A stretch of DNA of 64,000 nucleotides from Calditrichota bacterium (GTDB taxonomy: Bacteria > Zhuqueibacterota > JdFR-76 > BMS3Abin05), in assembly GCA_013151735.1 (NCBI GenBank), contig JAADHR010000199.1, positions 82,091 through 146,090 on the forward strand, given 5' to 3'. Shown piece by piece: positions 58,977-64,000 of this stretch (position 1 is the first letter of the stretch; each line of letters starts with the position of its first letter). Under the pieces are notes generated by a model that was not told the DNA's origin, searched no databases, and saw only the letters and a program-made list of their open reading frames with translations. The translations under genes were made by a program, and so were the position numbers.

Positions 58977-59523
58977 AGAAAAGAAAATTTCTCCCAAGGG
59001 CCGACTCCTTATTCTGCCTGCAGCAGCCACAGGTATCAGCCTGCTGCTGATTATTTTTTTCCTGTGGCCAAAAGTGAGAGAATACCATCGCGTGAGAGCT
59101 GATTATGAGCACGAACGTTCCATTGTAGAAGGGATTTCGGGTCGCTGGGCCGAGATATCGCGGAAGGAAAACGACTACCGCGAAATCTACCGCAATTTGC
59201 AAGAGATTTCCAGGCGTGTTGGAAAATCCTGGACAAAAATCGATTATATGAAAATCTTTATTGATCGCTCGCATTCAAGCCGGGTAAAGATTATCTCATT
59301 TTCACAGAGTCGGGAGAAAACAACAGACACAAGGCGGGAAATTACCTTTTGGCTTACGATGCGCGGACGGTATAAAGCCATCGGGAATTATCTGAAATAT
59401 CTGGAATCAACGTATCCTATTGTTGATATTCAATCGCTTTCTATTCGGCCTCAATCGACACGGTCGAAAAGAAATGTCCCATTAAATATTCGGATATCCG
59501 GGAAAATTATTTTTCTCATTTAA
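58966..59523 (+). CDS. pilO: PilO-like alignment protein
   Basis: N-terminal TM, coiled coil and GRYKAIGNYLKYLE ferredoxin-like motif; follows PilN. Confidence 0.8.
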   Translation: MNIKEKKISPKGRLLILPAAATGISLLLIIFFLWPKVREYHRVRADYEHERSIVEGISGRWAEISRKENDYREIYRNLQEISRRVGKSWTKIDYMKIFIDRSHSSRVKIISFSQSREKTTDTRREITFWLTMRGRYKAIGNYLKYLESTYPIVDIQSLSIRPQSTRSKRNVPLNIRISGKIIFLI

Positions 59524-59538
59524 GGCAGTAAAATAACA

Positions 59539-60009
59539 ATGACGCATAAAAAATTGGCGGTCTACAGTTTTATTTTGGCGGTTCTTTTTTTGATGCTGAC
59601 GTTTAGCGTCGTAAAAAGAAATGCCCGATTTTCGGCCGAAAACACATCTGAAACGTTTTCCACAGAGCCAGGCGATTTTTTTTTCACATCACCTGATACA
59701 AACTTTTCGGAGATTCAGATTGAAAAAATAACGCCAATTTTTGCAGGAGTTTCTCCGGATTTTGATCAGGAGTGGGGGCGGAATCCTTTTCAGCCCTTTT
59801 TCTACAGCCGCCCAATACATAAAAAACGCCTTCGACAGCGCGCTCTGCAATTGGAAGGGATTATTCAAAAGGGCGGCCTCAGAAAAGTGATCATTAATGG
59901 AAAGATACTGACTATCGGCGACAAAATAGAAAATTATCGGGTCAAGTTGATTCTTGAGAATATGGTTGCGTTGACAAATGGGAATAGGGAAATCTATTTG
60001 AAGTTTTGA
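59539..60009 (+). CDS. PilP/GspC-like protein
   Basis: N-terminal TM, WGRNPF, and LQLEGII...VIINGKILTIGDKI; lies between pilO and the secretin. Confidence 0.7.
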   Translation: MTHKKLAVYSFILAVLFLMLTFSVVKRNARFSAENTSETFSTEPGDFFFTSPDTNFSEIQIEKITPIFAGVSPDFDQEWGRNPFQPFFYSRPIHKKRLRQRALQLEGIIQKGGLRKVIINGKILTIGDKIENYRVKLILENMVALTNGNREIYLKF

Positions 60010-60022
60010 CAGGATGGAACAC

Positions 60023-61366
60023 ATGAAAAAATTAATTCCGATTGCGTGGCTGGGTCTCTTGCTGGTCGGATGTGCCGGAACAGCGCCGAAAACCTATCAT
60101 TTTCCGGATGCTCCCTGGCTGGTTCAACCAAGCGATCTGGCAAAAAATGAACCTCGGGTCCCTCAAAGGATCGATCCTTTCTCTGGCGAACGCCTTTCGT
60201 TCACATTCAAAGACGCACCCATTCAGCAGGTTTTGTTAGCCGTGACACAGGAGTTTGGTGCAACCCTGATCAGCAGTTCCTCGCTCACCGGAAATGTGAC
60301 CGTTTCATTACGAAATGCGTCACTTCCCGAAGCGCTCAATCGGATTTTGGCCGGTTCCCCCTATGGATACATTATCGACGGTACGTTGGTTCGTGTCTTA
60401 AAGGGAACAGATCAAATCACCCAAATACTTCGTCTCCACTATGCCCGGGCGACTGATATTGTTGATAATCTAAAGGGCATGTCGGAGAAAGCAGCCATTT
60501 TGGCGGACAAACGCACCAACAGCATTATTGTTCGAGATACCTGGAACAGGGTGAAAGAGTTGGAAGCGGTCATCAAAAAGATGGATGTGCCCGTACCGCA
60601 GGTCTTAATCGAAGCTGAAATGATAGAGATTAATGCGGACGACAAGAGGAACCTGGGTCTTCAATTGTCTGCCGCCTGGGAAAAAGCCGGCCAGACGTTG
60701 CAGGCCGCCTCACCTTTCCAGGTCAATCCCTTATCTGTTCTGATGAGTTACGGGAATCTGAAGCGGGGGCAGGCTCAAGCACTGATTGAAGCGCTTGAAG
60801 ACCGTACGCACGGTCAACTCCTTTCAAGTCCCCGCATTGTGGCATCCAACGGGCAAACGGCACACATCTTAATTGGGGAAAAAGTGCCTTACCAGCGCCA
60901 GACTTCTGAAACCGCTGCGGGAGGAATTATTGCCGACGTGGAATTTGTTGATGTTGGAATAAAATTAGAGGTAACGCCAACGGTCAATCTTGCCGATAAT
61001 TCTATAGTGATTGATGTATCGCCGGAGGTGAGTGAGGTTATGGATCAGGCTGTGCAGGGGGTTCCAAGGATTTCCACCCAGGAGGCGCATACACGGGTTT
61101 CTGTAAAAGACGGGGAGACCGTGGTAATTGGCGGGTTGATGCGGGATAACAAGCGAAAAACGGGGAAATCGATTCCGATTTTAGGGCGTATTTTCTTGTT
61201 GAAGTATCTGTTCTCGCACACAGAAAAGCATGATGATCGAAGAGAATTAATTGTTTTTATTACACCGCACATTATCAATAAGGAACAGATTCTCCAAATG
61301 GGGCGGGTACAACAAAAGATCCACGAACACCTGAAACTTGGAAAAGATTGGAATCTCTTCAAATAG
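60023..61366 (+). CDS. secretin (PilQ/GspD family), lipoprotein type
   Basis: Lipobox LVG-C, STN/N domains, PQVLIEA, LSSPRI...NGQTAHILIG, VGIKLEVTP and IPILGRIFLLKYLF. Confidence 0.95.
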   Translation: MKKLIPIAWLGLLLVGCAGTAPKTYHFPDAPWLVQPSDLAKNEPRVPQRIDPFSGERLSFTFKDAPIQQVLLAVTQEFGATLISSSSLTGNVTVSLRNASLPEALNRILAGSPYGYIIDGTLVRVLKGTDQITQILRLHYARATDIVDNLKGMSEKAAILADKRTNSIIVRDTWNRVKELEAVIKKMDVPVPQVLIEAEMIEINADDKRNLGLQLSAAWEKAGQTLQAASPFQVNPLSVLMSYGNLKRGQAQALIEALEDRTHGQLLSSPRIVASNGQTAHILIGEKVPYQRQTSETAAGGIIADVEFVDVGIKLEVTPTVNLADNSIVIDVSPEVSEVMDQAVQGVPRISTQEAHTRVSVKDGETVVIGGLMRDNKRKTGKSIPILGRIFLLKYLFSHTEKHDDRRELIVFITPHIINKEQILQMGRVQQKIHEHLKLGKDWNLFK

Positions 61367-61380
61367 GTAAATAATAAAAG

Positions 61381-62583
61381 ATGACGCTTTCACAATTGCA
61401 AAATTCTCTGGATGAAAATGAGTTAAAACGACGCTGGGAACTATCCCAAAAACAAATGCTTCTTTTTAGTCGCGATTTTGCCCGGATTTATCGGGCCGAA
61501 AAAGCCAAGCGGGAACTGCTGGAAGTTCTTCATAAAAAACTTCGGGCTATTGTTGATGCTATGTTCGACGGAATGGTTGCGACCAATGAAGAACGGATCG
61601 TCCTGGATGTGAATAAAACATTTGAACGAATGTTTCATATCAAACAGGAGGATATCCGTGGATATCCTTTGGGGGAAATTTTACCGTATCCCGAAATCAT
61701 TCGAGCCATTGAGACCATGCAGGCATCGAATAAACATTTTCAATCCATGGAATTGCATTTCAGACGCGACCGGGAGCACTATTTTGAGATTAATATTTCT
61801 CGCATTCGGGGCGCCCGGGAAGAACCCATGGGGTATGTTCTTCTTTTTCAGGATGTGACCGACCGCATGCGCTTTGACCGCATTAAAAGCCGGTTTATTA
61901 CATTTGCCTCCCATGAAATTCGTACGCCTCTGCATGGCTTGCTTGGATTTTTGAATTTAATTTATGAAAATCTTCAGGATCGGCTTCGCGATGAGGAAAA
62001 AAAACACTTTCAATTCCTTCTGGATTCCGGCGAGAATTTGCGCGAGGTTGTGGAAGAAATGCTCCAGATGTCCACCCTTCAAAAAGAGGACTCCAGGCTG
62101 CGGCGGAGCCATGTGTCTGTTCAGGATCTCATTCAGTCGGCCATTGAAAAAGTTTCCCTGGAGCAGGAGGCCATGGGAGTTACGGTGAAATTTAACCCGC
62201 CAGAGCAAGAGATGATCTTGTTTGTTGAGCCCGATTTGTTGTTGAAATCTTTCGAAAGTATCTTGAAAAATATCATTATTTATACCCTTCCTGAAGGGAT
62301 TATTTTTATTCGTGTGGAAGAGGCGCAGGAACACTATAAAATTCTTTTTGTCTGTCCCGACATCACGCTGACTCGGGATGAGGTGGATATTATGGTAAAC
62401 GATTTTTACAATATGGAGTCGCAGATTACAAAAGGGGTTGACGGATTGGAACTGGGATTTCCCCTGGCAAAAGACATTGTGGAATGGCATGGAGGACAAT
62501 TGTGGGTTCCGGATAACGGCGATTTCTCAATCGTAATCACACTGCCGCGGTTCTTGTCTCAAGAAAAAGGACATCTTTCATGA
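61381..62583 (+). CDS. PAS histidine-kinase-like protein with a degenerate ATP-binding domain
   Basis: PAS and H-box ASHEIRTPL are intact; G1 is replaced by CPDIT and G2 by DGLELG. Confidence 0.85.
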   Translation: MTLSQLQNSLDENELKRRWELSQKQMLLFSRDFARIYRAEKAKRELLEVLHKKLRAIVDAMFDGMVATNEERIVLDVNKTFERMFHIKQEDIRGYPLGEILPYPEIIRAIETMQASNKHFQSMELHFRRDREHYFEINISRIRGAREEPMGYVLLFQDVTDRMRFDRIKSRFITFASHEIRTPLHGLLGFLNLIYENLQDRLRDEEKKHFQFLLDSGENLREVVEEMLQMSTLQKEDSRLRRSHVSVQDLIQSAIEKVSLEQEAMGVTVKFNPPEQEMILFVEPDLLLKSFESILKNIIIYTLPEGIIFIRVEEAQEHYKILFVCPDITLTRDEVDIMVNDFYNMESQITKGVDGLELGFPLAKDIVEWHGGQLWVPDNGDFSIVITLPRFLSQEKGHLS

Positions 62584-63038
62584 ACAAATGGGAAGAATTG
62601 AAACCATTCGTCAAGGAGTTGCGGTTTGACGATTGTTTTGTCGATTTTAGAATAGAAAATGCCATTACATCGCCTGCCCGCAAAATATTGATTGTGGATG
62701 ATGAAAGGGAAATTCGCGAGCTGGTTCGTGAAACGGTCATGATTGACAATTTTGAAATTCTGGAAGCAGAAACCGGAGACGCAGCGTACGATATCATTTT
62801 AAAAGAGCACCCTGATCTGATTATTCTGGATGTAAAGATGCCCGGTACACTGGATGGACTTTCATTAACTCAAAAAATAAAGGGTGATCCCACTATGAGA
62901 GACATTCCCATCATTCTGCTCACGGCCGTCCCCGTGGATCTGGAACAAAACTCCCGGCTAAATCCAGATGCGATCTTCTATAAGCCATTCAGCCCGATAG
63001 ATTTGCTGGATCGAATCTCAGATATATTCGGGGAATAG
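62580..63038 (+). CDS. single-domain response regulator with a short N-terminal extension
   Basis: LIVDDE, LDVKMP, LLTA and KPFS. Confidence 0.92.
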   Translation: MNKWEELKPFVKELRFDDCFVDFRIENAITSPARKILIVDDEREIRELVRETVMIDNFEILEAETGDAAYDIILKEHPDLIILDVKMPGTLDGLSLTQKIKGDPTMRDIPIILLTAVPVDLEQNSRLNPDAIFYKPFSPIDLLDRISDIFGE

Positions 63039-63070
63039 AATGGGTGGGACTGTCTGAAGGAGTGTAAAAA

Positions 63071-64000
63071 ATGAGTCAGGACTTTGAAAAAAACATGAAA
63101 ATTTGGCGGGAAAAATATGCGGATCCAGAAATGAGAATTGAAGAGCTTTTTAGAAATTACAATGTCAGCACCGAGATGATTAAACGAACGCCGAATCTTC
63201 ACGACTTATTGGATCTGGTACTTTTGGAATATATTAAGCGCCTGGATGAAATTCCGGGAAAGGATTTGTCACGCCCTTCTGGCTCCGAATTTTCGGAATA
63301 TGATCGCGAAAAACTTCGCTCATTAATCATGTTTTCCAGTCAGGCGGTTCTGTTGAAAGAAAACAGTGAGATTTTCAATGCGCTCGAGATAAAGAACAAA
63401 GAGCTGGAAGAAACCACGCAAGAATTGGAAAAGGCCAATACAGAATTAAAATCGCTAAACCGGCAATATTTAAACATGCTGGGCTTTGTGTCTCACGAAC
63501 TTCGAAGTCCGCTGATTTCTATTTTGGGTTTTGCAGAATTATTGGATGAAAATCTTCTCGGAACATTAAGCGACGAGCAAAAAAAAGCCGTACAAATTAT
63601 CATGCGTTCCAGCAAGAATCTTATCGAAATGATTCGCAATTATCTGGATCTCTCAAAAATTGAACAGGGCGAGTTGAAAATGGAAAAACGCCCGCTCGAA
63701 TTTGTGGGCACAATCCTGAAACCCACTCTGGAAGAAATGAACGAACAATTCAACAAAAAGAATATGTCCGTTTGGGTGGACAGCAACCAGGAAGAAGTGT
63801 GGCTTTTTGCCGATGAAAAACTGCTGCGGATTGTCATGGTCAATATTCTCTCAAATGCAGTCAAATATGGCCAAGAGGGCGGAGATATTCACATTGAGTT
63901 TTCAATTGTAAATAAAGAACTTGAAGTACGTGTGACCAATACGGGCCGCGGTGTGGAGGAAAGTGAAGTCGGAAAGGTTTTTGACAAATTTACACAATTG
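63071..64000 (+). CDS. sensor histidine kinase, partial (runs off the right edge; absent from the ORF track)
   Basis: Open frame from ATG 63071: MSQDFEKNMK...FVSHELRSPL (H-box)...ILSNAVKYG (N-box)...NTGRG...VFDKFTQ. Confidence 0.9.
   Translation, partial: MSQDFEKNMKIWREKYADPEMRIEELFRNYNVSTEMIKRTPNLHDLLDLVLLEYIKRLDEIPGKDLSRPSGSEFSEYDREKLRSLIMFSSQAVLLKENSEIFNALEIKNKELEETTQELEKANTELKSLNRQYLNMLGFVSHELRSPLISILGFAELLDENLLGTLSDEQKKAVQIIMRSSKNLIEMIRNYLDLSKIEQGELKMEKRPLEFVGTILKPTLEEMNEQFNKKNMSVWVDSNQEEVWLFADEKLLRIVMVNILSNAVKYGQEGGDIHIEFSIVNKELEVRVTNTGRGVEESEVGKVFDKFTQL

Noticed and set aside
1-64000. tRNA, rRNA, transposase, integrase or prophage genes
   Set aside because: None recognised; the intergenic gaps are short and show no cloverleaf or rRNA signatures.

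Overview
This is a gene-dense bacterial window with no rRNA, tRNA or CRISPR array visible, and almost all genes lie on the + strand. The gene content suggests an FCB-related lineage such as KSB1 or Calditrichota, but that is a weak inference. (1) 0.2-2.4 kb: an AT-rich islet with a SAM methyltransferase and a small GIY-YIG nuclease tightly bracketed by two 71-bp REP-like direct repeats. (2) 2.4-18 kb: housekeeping genes, namely archease-rtcB, ssb-cdd-udk-uvrA (uvrA split by one extra G in a G6 run), an S8 peptidase with a CFI-box-CTERM-like tail, DksA/TraR, an RlmI-like methyltransferase, hsp20-lon, a UDPGP/UAP-family pyrophosphorylase and an MscS channel. (3) 19-34 kb: an envelope locus encoding an AsmA-like protein, a catalytically dead HAD-IIB phosphatase homologue, an orphan solute-binding lipoprotein, a DUF1318/YdbL lipoprotein, and a 2804-aa exported PD40-TPR-(dead CHAT)-TPR-(intact CHAT) caspase-family protease. 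(4) 35-64 kb: a co-oriented signalling super-cluster with an NtrC-type activator, an RsbV/W/U-like partner switch, a non-flagellar chemosensory system, HDOD, histidine kinases (one with a degenerate ATP-binding domain) and a type IV filament system with a PilM-PilN fusion. The best candidates for undescribed systems are the AsmA/DUF1318/tandem-CHAT envelope locus and the repeat-bracketed GIY-YIG cassette. All calls come from reading motifs by eye; no database searches were run.
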